Counted from the first letter of the stretch, positions 19,672 to 30,842 are shown. The stretch: DNA of 64,000 nucleotides from Candidatus Bathyarchaeota archaeon (GCA_963780185.1 CAWABA010000009.1:64001-128000); one strand, 5' to 3'. The notes: generated by a model from the letters alone, not told the origin. Translations and numbers: made by a program.

Positions 19672-20597
19672 ATGGCTTCACAAAAATTCTACACTCCACT
19701 GAAAGCAGGTTTGTTCATAGTTGTGTTATCTTATTTTCTGTTTGCGCTGCATGACACCTTCACGCTTCAGTGGTTCGGCGAATGGAACCGCATATACCCC
19801 GGGCACTTCCTATTCGAAGTCTTCGCTGAAGACCTCATCGGATTCGTCGGAACCGTTTCCAGATTCGCCGCCGGAATCGTAGCCATTTGCCGTAATCATC
19901 TATTACTTCGCCAAAAAAGGCATCTCCAAACCCGCTGCCTTCAACGCGGCGAGGTTAGTTCTTGATCTTTGAAGCAATCTATTGGCTGCTGGCGTTTATT
20001 CCAACAGCGTACTTTTCAGTTAAAGACATGTTCTTCACCAAAATGTACAGCCATTTTTCCACAATGGCTTTCTTGCATTCCTTCGCAATTGGTACTTTAC
20101 CCGTTTTGGTTGAATCTATAGTCACCCCCATCGTCCTGTTTATTTTCGCTTACAAACTGAACCCGAACAAACCTCTAAAGAGCCCGATAAGGTGGGGGCT
20201 GATTACGGGGACGTTTTATGTTTTCTTGTTTTGGCTACTTAACACAACCATTTGGGTCTCGGTTATAGACGAGCGTTTAAAAGGAATACCTTACCTGACC
20301 GCCAACCCCCAATACCTCGTTAGTTTCGTCTTAAGCGCAATTGGGCTGCTGCTTCTGGGAATTTACGCTGCAGGCTTCACTTGGAAATCGAGACGGGCGG
20401 AAACTCTGCAGCAGCTAAGCCTCAAAACAGTCGGCGTCATTATCCTGGCTCTTGGTATCTATTTCCTCTGGAACTACTTGACATGGATTTTCTTCGGGGG
20501 GCTGGAACGATTGGTACGCATGGTTCCTCGGGCACAACGAAGACCTTTGGGCGCTGTCGCTTCCGCTGCTTGGGTTGCCTCTGCTGTTCGCCGCTAG
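19672..20597 (+). CDS. Polytopic membrane protein (frameshifts ~19890 and ~20500)
   Basis: Hydrophobic segments continue across ORFs 19654-19965 and 19962-20597. Confidence 0.7.
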
Positions 20598-20675
20598 ACC
20601 TCAGAAAAAAGAAGCCGCCGCTTAGGTCCGTTTTGGGCAACTTTTTTTAAACAGTTAAGCAGCATACAGTCTGAT

Positions 20676-21371
20676 TTGCCATGCGTAGATGTGCTTTCCT
20701 TGCAGTTGCTCTTGTCCTGTTGGCGGTCAGCCCGCTGCTGGCGTTCAGCGTTTGCCCAGAGCAATGTAGTCGGCGTCAAAGCGGGTGACTGGATAAAATA
20801 TGACGTGCGTGAAGTGGGCAGCTTCATCGACCCTGAATACAACATCACCTGGGCGAGAATGGACATTGTAGCAGTGCAGAACGACGTTATAACAGTCAAC
20901 GTTTTAACCCAATACGGCAACGGAACCCTGCTTCCCGAAAACGACATACACCTCAACGTGACAGCTGGCAAAATCGGCGACGGCTTCTTCGTGCCTATTA
21001 ACCTTAAACCCGGCGACCGATACTCCACCCAGTACGAGGGCATCATAAACATGACCAGCCTTGCTCATACCCAAGCAGGAGGAGCAAGCCGCATGGTTCT
21101 GGTCGGTGTGGCAAGCGTGAACGTCTATCAGAACGTTTACAACTGGGACAAGCAGACAGGCATCATGGTTTCGGCGACGTCAAATTTGCCTGGCTGCATA
21201 ATGTACACCACCACAAAATCAACCAACCTTTGGGCACCCCAGATTCTGGGCTTAAACCAAACCGTGTTCATCGCAGTTTTGCTTTCGATAGTCGGGGTCG
21301 TGGCAGTTTTGGCGGGTGTTGCGTTGCTTTTTGTTCTGCGCAGGAAAAAGGTTTCCGCTGCTAAAAGTTGA
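20676..21371 (+). CDS. Exported protein with C-terminal TM anchor
   Basis: VGVKAGDWIKY N-terminal motif, WDKQTGIMV, TM plus RRKK; 5' end probably frameshifted. Confidence 0.75.
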   Translation: MPCVDVLSLQLLLSCWRSARCWRSAFAQSNVVGVKAGDWIKYDVREVGSFIDPEYNITWARMDIVAVQNDVITVNVLTQYGNGTLLPENDIHLNVTAGKIGDGFFVPINLKPGDRYSTQYEGIINMTSLAHTQAGGASRMVLVGVASVNVYQNVYNWDKQTGIMVSATSNLPGCIMYTTTKSTNLWAPQILGLNQTVFIAVLLSIVGVVAVLAGVALLFVLRRKKVSAAKS

Positions 21372-21453
21372 ACAGTTTCCGTTCGTTATCATTCTTGGGC
21401 AAGACGAATTGAAATACATCACAAAGTTACGTAATTGCCTTCACAACGTAAGC

Positions 21454-21873
21454 CTATTCTTCATCAGTGAACTTTGTTAGAAGTTGTATGAGCTCTTCTT
21501 GTTCGTTGGGGGTTAGTTGTGTCATGTGTTTTTCGATGTAGCTGTATAATTGTTTTTCTTGTGATTGCAGCCATTTTTCTCCTTTTGCGGTGGGAACAAC
21601 GTAGGTGTTTCTTCGGTTTTCTGGCTCCTTAACCCGTTTAACGTATTCTTTCTTCTCTAAAGTGTCCACGTAGCCGGAGGCTGTGCTTTTTTTTATGCCG
21701 TAGAGGCGGGAGATGTCGGTTACCTGCAGTTTTTTTAGGTGGGCGTTGTAGAGGATTGAGGTGGCGACTGGTGATAGTTCGCTTTTTCTCCCTTTTTGGA
21801 GGCCGAGGATGTTGCTTATTGTTTGGTGGATTAGTGTTAGCATGCGTTGCAGGTCGTTTTCTTTTTGCTGCAT
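21454..21873 (-). CDS. MarR family transcriptional regulator
   Basis: wHTH: IKKSTASGYVDTLEKKEYVKR...NRR..YVVPTAKG. Confidence 0.9.
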   Translation of the reverse strand: MQQKENDLQRMLTLIHQTISNILGLQKGRKSELSPVATSILYNAHLKKLQVTDISRLYGIKKSTASGYVDTLEKKEYVKRVKEPENRRNTYVVPTAKGEKWLQSQEKQLYSYIEKHMTQLTPNEQEELIQLLTKFTDEE

Positions 21874-21911
21874 GGTGGCTAGTTTGTTTTTGGGTTATAA
21901 AAGGTGTGTGG

Positions 21912-21963
21912 ATGGTTAGGGTATGCTAAATATTTATTAATATAGTTAGCATATGCTAACTAT
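21912..21963. promoter_or_regulatory. Putative MarR operators flanking the TATA box
   Basis: Perfect 22-bp palindrome ATAGTTAGCATATGCTAACTAT (21942-21963) and an 18/22 copy (21912-21933) around TATTTATTAA. Confidence 0.85.
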
Positions 21964-21975
21964 CGGCGAATCTGA

Positions 21976-22380
21976 ATGAAAAATCAACTACTCTTACTAA
22001 GAATAAGCTATTGGTTAGGCGCTATAATCGATGGCTTGGTGGCAGTACAACTACTCCTGCCTAAGTTCTGGGCATCCTTCGACGGATTAACAGGTTACAC
22101 AGCATCGACAACGGTTGACTTTGGCCTTGGCATTGCGAGTGCATTAATGTTTGGCTGGACATTCTTGCTGATATGGGCAGACAGAAAACCCCTCGAAAGA
22201 AAAGGCGTCCTGCTGTTAACCGTGGTCCCAGTAATTGTAGGTCTCGCGTTGAATAACGTGTTAGCTGTTACGTCAGGGTTAAGACCGCTCCAATCCGTGG
22301 TCCCTGAGCTTGGTCTCCAAACAGGACTTGCCGTTTTGTTTATCTTCAGCTACCTTAACGCTCGACATGCAGCTGAGTAA
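21976..22380 (+). CDS. 4-TM membrane protein divergent from marR
   Basis: GWTFLLIWADRKPLERKGVLLLT motif; four hydrophobic segments. Confidence 0.85.
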   Translation: MKNQLLLLRISYWLGAIIDGLVAVQLLLPKFWASFDGLTGYTASTTVDFGLGIASALMFGWTFLLIWADRKPLERKGVLLLTVVPVIVGLALNNVLAVTSGLRPLQSVVPELGLQTGLAVLFIFSYLNARHAAE

Positions 22381-22429
22381 TGCCAAAGCTTATAGGTAGC
22401 TTGCTTAATAGCCAACAATAGAAGGAAAC

Positions 22430-23786
22430 TTGTTGAAACATAAAGGAAAGATTCTTCGAGTCTCCATCTTAGGCTTCATTTGTTTACTGCTTTTCTTGCT
22501 TGCTGCAGGCTGCTTCCAAGGCGCCACGGCTGCCGCGTCATCTCAGCCCACGGCTTCAGCAAGCGGACCCGTCATCATAGCTAACTTTAACGTGCCAGTT
22601 GACCCAGGCGCATCCACTTTTATGGCGCGTGTCGTCTCAACCGCGCAGGGTCAGCATGCAGCCGCCATAGTTATCGAGATGAATACGCCTGGCGGGCTTG
22701 TCAGCGATATGCAATCGATTGTTGACTCCATAAAGGCGGCGAATTCAAGTGGCATTCCAACTTACACTTTCATTGTGCCTGACGGTTTTGGCGCCTCCGC
22801 TGGCAGCTACATAGCTATGGCTTGTAACAGGATTCTTATGGCTCCGGGTTCGGCTATTGGTCCCAGCACACCTATCGTCGTGGGCGGCACAGCTTTAGAG
22901 CAAAATCACACCCAAGCTTTTTTCCTCAGTTACATGCAAGCCCTGGCGTCGGAGTGGGGACGCAACACCACCGCCGTTTATTACATGGTTCAATCTGACG
23001 AGGCGTTTTCAGCGACTCAAGCAGTCGAATACCACGTAGCTGACGGAACAGCAAATTCATTGGCTGACGCAATCAATCAGCTTGGCTTGTCTGGGAACCC
23101 TCAGACCACACTTGGTGAAAACTTTTACGAGCAGCTACTCAGCGCGTTGAGCAACACCCTTTTGGACGGCATCCTCTTCCTTATCGGAATCGTCGCAATC
23201 GTGATTGACTTCTTCCACCCCACCATCATCCTCACAGTGCTGGGCGTCATCGCTATAGTTGCGGGTTTAGTTGGGGCAGAAGTGGTCGGCGCCTCACTGC
23301 TGGGAATTATCATATTAATTGTGGCTGCGGCGCTTATTGTTTTGGAGTTGAAGCTTGGGCATGGCTTTGCACTTATGGCAGGCGTCGTTCTTGGCGCCAT
23401 CGGAATCTACTTCCTCTCGTTCAACCTTCAGTATTCGCCTTCGCCCATAGGTAACTTGGCGATTCTTGAGCTTAGCTTGCTCGTTGTGTTCGGGGTGCTC
23501 GCGGGCTTATACGTCAGATGGGTTATCGGTCCGATAAGGCGACAAAGCAAACTCACAGGCGCCGAAGCTTTGATAGGCAAAACAGGCGTCGCCATCAAGC
23601 GACCTCAAACCCAAAGGCGAAGTCAGGGTCGCAGGGGAAATCTGGCGTGCAGAATCGTTGTCAGGGGACATCGTGAAGGGCGAGCGGGTCACCGTTAAGG
23701 CAATGAAGGGACTCACCGTAACCGTTGAGAAAGCTCAAGAAGCCGCAAGCCAAACGCCGCCAAACACGGAAACAGCAGCAAAATAG
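22430..23786 (+). CDS. nfeD: NfeD-family membrane serine protease (ClpP class; frameshift ~23598)
   Basis: NTPGG, GASAGSYI, MAPGSAIG, GRN, TM bundle; the OB fold LKPKGEVRVAGEIWRA is in the shifted frame. Confidence 0.9.
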
Positions 23787-23857
23787 CCCAGAGTTGCGCT
23801 CGTTCCTCAAAGTTCGGATAGCCTAATATATCCTGCCCTCAGGTATAATTTTCTTTA

Positions 23858-26269
23858 TTGATGCCGATGAAAAAGCACGTTTGGATGCTGCTTGTTCTCG
23901 TTTCCGCCGTTCTTGTCCTATCATGCTTCACGTCGGCAAACTCAAATGCAGCCATCCAGCTCCAGGCAGCGACTCTTGGCCGATGTTTCTTCATGACACA
24001 AGCCACAGCGGCACGGCAACGGCAGAAGGCTCAGCGAACTCCGCCAAGCTCCTTTGGAACGCCACTGTGATGGATGCTGTTGTGTCTTCCCCCGCGGTGG
24101 CGGACGGCAACGTCTTCGTAGGCTGCAACGACGGCGCCATCTACTGCCTCAACGCCTCCAGCGGCAAACTGAATTGGTTCTTCTACCAAAACAAAACTCA
24201 AATCCAATCTTCCCCCGCCGTCTAGCGATGGGCGCGTCTACGTGGGCTGCAACAACGGAAACCTGTACGCCTTAAACGAAAGCAACGGCGATGAACTTTG
24301 GAATTTCACCACCGGCGGCTGGGTTGGCTCATCTCCCGCGGTTGCCGACGGCGCAGTCTACTTTGGCTCGCGAGACGGGAACCTCTACGCTTTGAACGCT
24401 GTGAACGGCGCAAAGATTTGGAGTTACCAAACTGGCAACGAGGTTGAATCGTCTCCAGCGGTTTCAGACGGCGTAGTTTATGTTTCATCTGACAACTTTT
24501 ACGTCTTCGCAGTCAACGCGTCCACGGGAAAAATGCTGTGGCAAACCCCACTGGAAGCACCATTTCTTCGCCCAGCCAATGCAACGGCTACCTCTACGTT
24601 GGTTCATACGACGGCAACGTTTGCTGTTTGAATGTTTCACGGGAGACCCAAATCTGGACATACCAGACTCCGGACACCGTCGTTTCTTCGCCCGCCGTCG
24701 GCTTACGGCTGCGTCTACTTTGGCTCGGAAGACAACAACGTCTACTGCCTTAATGCCTCGACTGGCGCAAGAGTTTGGCAGAGCCCAACTGGGTACTGGG
24801 TTACTTCTTCCCCAGCGGTGGCAGACGGCAACGTGTACGTGGGCTCCGAAGACGACAGCATCTACTGCCTCAACGCTGCCACAGGAGCCAAAGAATGGAT
24901 TTACCAAACAGGAAGCTACGTGGAATCTTCCCCAGCCATAGTAAACAACATGCTTTACGTAGGCTCCGACGACGACCACATCTACGCCCTAACCCTAACC
25001 AACACAACCATCAAACGCTGCCCACGCAATCCACAACCTCTTTGAAATCGGCAACAATTATCCTTGATGCAGGCGCGTGCTTCAGTCGGCGCGTTGATTG
25101 TTTTCGGTGGCTTCCTTTTTGTCCGCTCAACAAGACGCGAAAAACAAGACGCAAAAGCCACAAGATACTTCAGGCAAAAACACGTCTTGGCTGTCAAGGC
25201 ACGTTGATGCGGTCTGCGTTTTGGTGATTCTGGCTTTTTCAACGATGTTTTTCGTTAATTTGGGAAGTGGGCATCTTGTAGCGGCTGATGAGCAAACGTA
25301 TTCCCAATGGACTTTTCACATGATTAAAACGGGGGACTACTTTACGCCTTGGGCTTACGGCAGCCTGTTCTGGCTTGGCAAGCCGCCGCTTACCATGTGG
25401 CTAATGTCTCTGTCCTACCAAATCTTCGGAGTCACCAATTTCGCCGCAAGAATCTGGAGCGCAATATTCGGCGCCTTATCCCTTGGTAGTCATCTACTAT
25501 TTGGGAAAGAAACTCTACAACCCCTACGTCGGCTTGCTCTCAGCTCTCATCTTAGGCTCATTCGCAACCTTTTACGTTTATGCGCGGCTCGCCATGACGG
25601 ATGTCCCGCTGGTCTTCTTCATCTTGGGCAGCATCTACTTCTTTGTCTTAAGCGAAAAAACAGAAAACCACGTATCCGATACGCCGCTCTAAGCGGCTTG
25701 TTCTTCGGGTTGGCGTTGATGACAAAGCAGATTGAGGCTCTGCTGGTTCTGATAATCATGTTTTTGTACCTTGTTGGCGACAAGGAAAAGCCTCCGGTTT
25801 CTGGTCACAAAAAGCTTCACCCTTTTCTGGGGAGTTGGGCTTCTGATTTTTTCTCCGTGGCTCATCTACATGGCTGCCCGTTTCGGGTCGCAGTTCTGGC
25901 AGTGGTACTTCGGTTACGACATCGTTTCGCGTTCTGTCGGCGTCGGTTGAGAATCACGTTGGAAGCTACCTCTACTACTTCAACTACCTCGCCCACAACG
26001 AAAACCATATTACCTGATTCATGCTGCCTTTCGCGGCTGCCCTGTGCCTTTTCAACGCGGTTTGAAACGCGTCAAAGGAGGACACGTTGATTTTGCTGTG
26101 GATGGCGATTGTGCTGTTGGTTTTCACGCTTGCGCAGACAAAGCTTGACTGGTACATTATGCCTGTTTTTCCCAGCCTTCGCCATCGCCATAAGCAGCCT
26201 AATATATCAAGTCGGCAAAAAAACCTACCAGCTTGTAAAGAAAGCGGTTCCGCAATTATCGTAAGCTAG
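23858..26269 (+). CDS. PQQ-like beta-propeller fused to ArnT/PMT-like (GT-C) glycosyltransferase (many frameshifts)
   Basis: Signal peptide, WPMFLHD..HSG, about 8 SSPAV.DG.VYVGS repeats, then DEQTY...M...GD...P...KPPL..W...G...AAR and ARLAMTD. Confidence 0.75.
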
Positions 26270-27217
26270 CACGAAGTGGCTAAAGGCTTCAGGGTTTCCG
26301 ATTGTACAGCACGTCGCCAATTCAAGCATGGATAGGGCTGCAATCGAATAAAGCGGGATCCAATCGTACAGGTACATATGCGACACCGTTGCGCGTTAAG
26401 CTCCGTCGACAAAAACGAGAAGCCCACTCCATTGTAGAAGAAGAACGGCAGATTTGTGGCAGCTAGAAAAACAGCGGACCCGCCGACGAATTTCCACAGC
26501 GAACCCCTATTATACCACAGCAACAGCGGCAACGCAACCAGCGCCACCCGCGGGTCAAACACGCCGAAAGCGAAAAGCAAAGCTGACAGCCATGGCTTTT
26601 TGGCGAACCCAAAGTAAATGGCGCCGACCAGAAGGACCGTTTGGAGTATGTGAGCGTTGGCTAGGAGGTATCCGCAGTAGTAGCTTGGCGAGAAGGTTTG
26701 GACATGGAGGCTTAGCATGCGGTAATGGAAGAAACCCGGTGATGGAGTAGCTTGCTGAGGGCGCTATGAGAATGGGGTCAACGAGCACTATTACGGCGGC
26801 TGCGACGCCTGCAAAGAGGTTTTTGTCTTTAATTAGCTTGTAGACGAAGAAAGCCAAGGGCAAAATCAAGAGGAATTGCACTATGTCAAAGGCGTTAAGC
26901 GCGTTCTGATAGCCCAAAGCGAGGAAAGGCGATAAAAGAATCAAGAAAGACGGCGCATACTTGAAGGGTTGCGGTTGCCCCTGAATCTGGTAGTCGCCGG
27001 GCTGCACGTTGGCGGAGTAGATTTGGGTTGGGTTATGAACTAGGCGCCATTCTCCCATGTAGTAGGCTGAAAAGTCCCGCGCCAAATTGGCTGATTCCGG
27101 CTTGAAAGTTTGGGGGTAAGCGTAGGCGAAGATGCTGAAGTTCAGAAAAACCAGTAAAGCAATAACCAAAATAATAGCCGTCTTTTTGGATAACACGAGC
27201 TTCATTGGCTTCCCCAT
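26266..27217 (-). CDS. Membrane protein, GT87/DUF2029-like glycosyltransferase (frameshifted)
   Basis: DFSAYY...Y...PFKYAPSF motif after TM1, then multiple TMs; split at ~26720. Confidence 0.65.
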
Positions 27218-27388
27218 GGGTAGGAGCGACGACTTTGTTTAACTTGTGATTTATTCTTTGCGGTAAATTCCCCAAACCCCAATAAACCCCCAAAAAAGGC
27301 AGCGCGGCGGCTTTTGGTCGCTTGACAGAAAACCTTTAATTTCAGAAAATTTCTGTTCCCTCTAAACATTCAAGGAGAAAAATCTGAA

Positions 27389-27550
27389 ATGTCAACTTCA
27401 CAAGAATCAACCACTCTGCCAAAAGGTCCCAGCGAAGAGCAGACTGCGCGATTGAAAAGGGCGGTGAGGCGAGCTGAAATTCTCGGCTACGCAGCAGCGG
27501 GGCTCGGATTAACGCTTCTCGCTGTCATAATATTGATTTCGCTACTGTAA
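27389..27550 (+). CDS. Tail-anchored microprotein (53 aa)
   Basis: AAGGAG upstream; MSTSQEST...RLKRAVRRAEILGYAAAGLGLTLLAVIILISLL*. Confidence 0.6.
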   Translation: MSTSQESTTLPKGPSEEQTARLKRAVRRAEILGYAAAGLGLTLLAVIILISLL

Positions 27551-27586
27551 ACCCGAAGCAAAAAATCTTTGAGGAGGGCAGAAAAA

Positions 27587-27691
27587 ATGGATGATGCCAT
27601 TGAACAAACAATCAAAAGAGTTGAGCGGTTAACTAGAATCCTTGCAGGTGTCGTTGTCGTGGAGATTGTAGTATTGATACTTTTCATTTAG
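27587..27691 (+). CDS. Tail-anchored microprotein (34 aa)
   Basis: GAGGAGG upstream; MDDAIEQTIKRVERLTRILAGVVVVEIVVLILFI*. Confidence 0.55.
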   Translation: MDDAIEQTIKRVERLTRILAGVVVVEIVVLILFI

Positions 27692-27791
27692 GTTCAAAAC
27701 TTTCTTCAGTTCTTTTTTGGGAGCGTCGTTGACTTCAAGCAGGCAAGCAAAAGATATAGGCGACAACCAATAATACGCTATGTGATGAAAA

Positions 27792-28121
27792 ATGGTTTTT
27801 GAAAAAGTTGCTGAAACAGGGGAAATATCTCCTGGACAAACTAAACTTGTCAAACTTGGCGCTGAAGACGTTTTGCTCGCAAACGTAAACGGCGTATTCT
27901 ACGCTGTCGGAAATGTCTGCACCCACGAAGGCGGAAAACTTTCACAGGGAACCCTGCAGGGAACCACAATTACCTGCCCCAGACACAAGGCACAGTTTGA
28001 CGTAACAACGGGCAAAGTGGTTTCTGCCCCAAAAATACTTTTCATGCACCCCAAAATCAACAACGAACCCGCTTACGCAGTCAAAGTTGAAGGCACAGCC
28101 ATCCTGCTCGAACACAAATAA
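27792..28121 (+). CDS. Rieske-type [2Fe-2S] ferredoxin
   Basis: CTH...CPRH motifs, FDVTTG. Confidence 0.93.
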   Translation: MVFEKVAETGEISPGQTKLVKLGAEDVLLANVNGVFYAVGNVCTHEGGKLSQGTLQGTTITCPRHKAQFDVTTGKVVSAPKILFMHPKINNEPAYAVKVEGTAILLEHK

Positions 28122-28185
28122 CGCCACCCAAAAAATAACCGTGTGGCTTTTAGCTAAAACGCGGTCGATCTGGTTAAGTTCAGAG

Positions 28186-28258
28186 TAGCCCGGGAGAGAT
28201 TCGAACTCTCGTCAGGGGGTCCAAAGCCCTCTATGCTTGACCACTACACCACCGGGCT
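28186..28258 (-). tRNA. tRNA-Gln(TTG), intronless, CCA not encoded
   Basis: AGCCCGGTGGTGTAGTGGTCAAGCATAGAGGGCTTTGGACCCCCTGACGAGAGTTCGAATCTCTCCCGGGCTA; acceptor stem with A1:U72, GTTCGAA T-loop, one A-C mismatch in the anticodon stem. Confidence 0.95.
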
Positions 28259-28610
28259 GCCGATGCATTTTTGTTTGATGCTAACGTGTAAGGACAGTTT
28301 TTTCCTAATAAGCGTTCTTGCAATTCCCCCAAATACCTGCATCGAACCAGCCAAATAGATTGCTGTTAAATCTATAATATACCGCTAAATCTTGAAGCCC
28401 ATGTAAACTTTAGGGTCAAACCGAAAGGACCTGAAGTTTTGGCCCAACTTTTTTCTCGTCTGTACCGTCAAAGTGTATCGTCTTTCCGTAGATGCTTCAC
28501 CCTCCTATCCGGTACCTTTGCACAAAAACACAAAACACCCAAGACAAAAAAGGGGCATAAACCCTTTCCATCTTTACAGAAATCTTAACGGTAGCGCCAC
28601 AGCTAGGCAT

Positions 28611-29738
28611 TTAGCCGATAAGCTTCTTGAGGTAGGGCACCTTTTTCAACCCGACGATTATGCCAAGGCTCACGAAGAGGACGATAACGGTGTTGAGTGG
28701 GACGCCGATGACGGAGTTGATTGTGTTGCCGTTGATGGAGAAGCCCAAGTAACCCTTCTGTATGGTTTCAAGCACCATCACATGGAACAAGTAAAGCGGC
28801 AAAGTGTTCACGCTAATCAACCGAAGCAGCTTTCTGGCTTTTGATTTGCAAGGCGGCTCAACACATATTTCTTTGAGTTTCAAATCGTTTCCTGATTCAG
28901 AGGGCACCGCGAAGGCTTGCGGCGGCGACTTAACCGCAACCAGCAACAGGAACAGGGAGGAGGCTGCCAAAATCAATGTTGGGCTGAGGTAGCCTTGGAA
29001 GAAATACATTTCTGTTCCGCCTACGGTTGCGGCTATCACGTAGGTGCCTATTGCCGTCAAAGTGATTCCCACTGCCGTGTAAAGTGCAAGTTTGGAGCGG
29101 CTAATCTGGAAAGTCAGCAAAAAAGCACCCAATATGAAATATCCCACGTACCCAGTGATCGTCAACACATTAGTGTCCAAATGGAGCGGAGTCACAAGAG
29201 CGATAGTCGGCACGACCGCTGCGCCTAAGAACCATAGAATCAAAATGTACTTTACCAGATTGCGGCTTGCATGCGCCATGATTACACGCAGGATTGGCGT
29301 GACAAGATAAAGCCCCAGCAGCAGGTAGAGGTACCAGAACTGGTAGTAAGGCCCAGTGAGGAAGCCTTGAATTATGCTGTTTTGAGTTATGGGTTCGGTG
29401 CCGATTTTATGGATTACGAGAAAATCCCAAGCGAAAAAGATGGCGCCCCAAAAAATGAAGGGCAAACCGATTCGAGCCACTCTTTTCTTGAAAAATACTC
29501 CGATGGGTTCGGTGAGTTTGCTCGGTTGAAGAAGAAGGGCGCCTGTCAGAAGCAGGAACAATGGTACGCCGAGCCGTCCGATGCTTTGGTAGACGGTAAC
29601 GGTGTTCCAGCGCACGATTTCAAACCAGTTCATTTGTTGGCTGGTTAAGTCGTTTGCGGAGTGGAGAAGTATGACTCCTACGATTGCTACGGTTCGAATT
29701 AGATCCACTGGAACGGAGAAGCCTCTCTCTTTCGACAA
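28611..29738 (-). CDS. Acyltransferase family 3 membrane O-acyltransferase
   Basis: DLIRTVAIVGVILLH, VPLFLLLTG, KKRVARI, YQFWYL, LYLFH; TTG start inferred. Confidence 0.92.
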   Translation of the reverse strand: MSKERGFSVPVDLIRTVAIVGVILLHSANDLTSQQMNWFEIVRWNTVTVYQSIGRLGVPLFLLLTGALLLQPSKLTEPIGVFFKKRVARIGLPFIFWGAIFFAWDFLVIHKIGTEPITQNSIIQGFLTGPYYQFWYLYLLLGLYLVTPILRVIMAHASRNLVKYILILWFLGAAVVPTIALVTPLHLDTNVLTITGYVGYFILGAFLLTFQISRSKLALYTAVGITLTAIGTYVIAATVGGTEMYFFQGYLSPTLILAASSLFLLLVAVKSPPQAFAVPSESGNDLKLKEICVEPPCKSKARKLLRLISVNTLPLYLFHVMVLETIQKGYLGFSINGNTINSVIGVPLNTVIVLFVSLGIIVGLKKVPYLKKLIG

Positions 29739-29898
29739 GTTTTCCCCTTTTTGCCCTAAATGCACCCGTTTTAAGAGGGTCTTAACCTAAATAAGGGTTA
29801 AGCTGGGGGGCTTGGTTTTGTTGAGGAGTCGGCCGCGAGGAGTTTTTTGCCGTAAAGCAGTTATACATGGAAAGCGATAGCATGGTCAAAGGCAAAGT

Positions 29899-30561
29899 AT
29901 GAATCGCAAAATTAAGCTGTTGACGCTTTTAATTGCTGTTTTAGTGGTTTTGTTAAGTGTGGAAACGTACGCTTGGCAAACCGCTGGAAACAGCCAAAAA
30001 AACTACATCCGTGTGGCATGCGTTGGCGACAGCATAACCTGCGGAACCTCTTACCCAGATGACCTGTGGCTGATGCTTGGCTCAAAATACGTCATCGGCA
30101 ACTTCGGCAATAACGGAGCCACGGTTTTCCTTAATTCAACCAACCCATACATGGAAACGCCCGCCCTCAAAGCTGCCAAGCAGTTTCAACCCCAAATCGT
30201 AATCATCATGCTGGGAACCAACGACGCCGACCCCACACTTAACGAGACCAACGCAGTTTTTGTGGCTGATTACGTGCGGCTGGTGTCGCAGTTTGAGGGG
30301 CTTGCCAGCAAACCGAAAGTTTGGATTATGAATCCGCCGCCGATTTTCAACAACACCGTGGGCTTAAGCGGGCAGTTCCTTGTGCAGAATATCCTTCCAG
30401 GTATAGTGCAAGTGTCGATGGCGACTGGTGTGTCGATGATTGATGCTTATACTCCGTTGGTTAATCATTCAGCGTATTTTCTTGATGGGGTTCATCCTGA
30501 TATCAACGGGTCGATGACTGTCGCGGTGACCGTGTATGACGCGTTGACCTCGCAACGATAG
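29899..30561 (+). CDS. Exported SGNH/GDSL hydrolase
   Basis: GDSIT, GTND, DGVHP; N-terminal signal. Confidence 0.92.
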   Translation: MNRKIKLLTLLIAVLVVLLSVETYAWQTAGNSQKNYIRVACVGDSITCGTSYPDDLWLMLGSKYVIGNFGNNGATVFLNSTNPYMETPALKAAKQFQPQIVIIMLGTNDADPTLNETNAVFVADYVRLVSQFEGLASKPKVWIMNPPPIFNNTVGLSGQFLVQNILPGIVQVSMATGVSMIDAYTPLVNHSAYFLDGVHPDINGSMTVAVTVYDALTSQR

Positions 30562-30842
30562 CTTTTGAGGCTGGTTTGAAGCCGTATTGTTTGTGTATAA
30601 TTGCGGGAGACAAGCTCTTGGATTAAACAGTTTTTTACACTATTTCCCATGTTGGATTTTCTGTATCGCATGACAATTCTAAATCATTATGTGCAATAGA
30701 TTTATTAAGACCACAAAGCTTAAATAGTAAAACATCGAATCTGCTTGTTTGCGCGGGCCGAGTTTACTATTTCTACCCCAAAAAAAGGAGAAAACTGGAT
30801 TTAGTGACGGCTCTACGCGTATTGAAAGTGAGGTAGAGAAGA

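Noticed and set aside
24215-24235. TAG read-through (pyrrolysine) in the propeller gene
   Set aside because: The protein continues in a different frame, so it is an indel and not an in-frame stop.
28186-28258. tRNA as integration site of an island
   Set aside because: No duplicated tRNA end and no integrase seen in the window.
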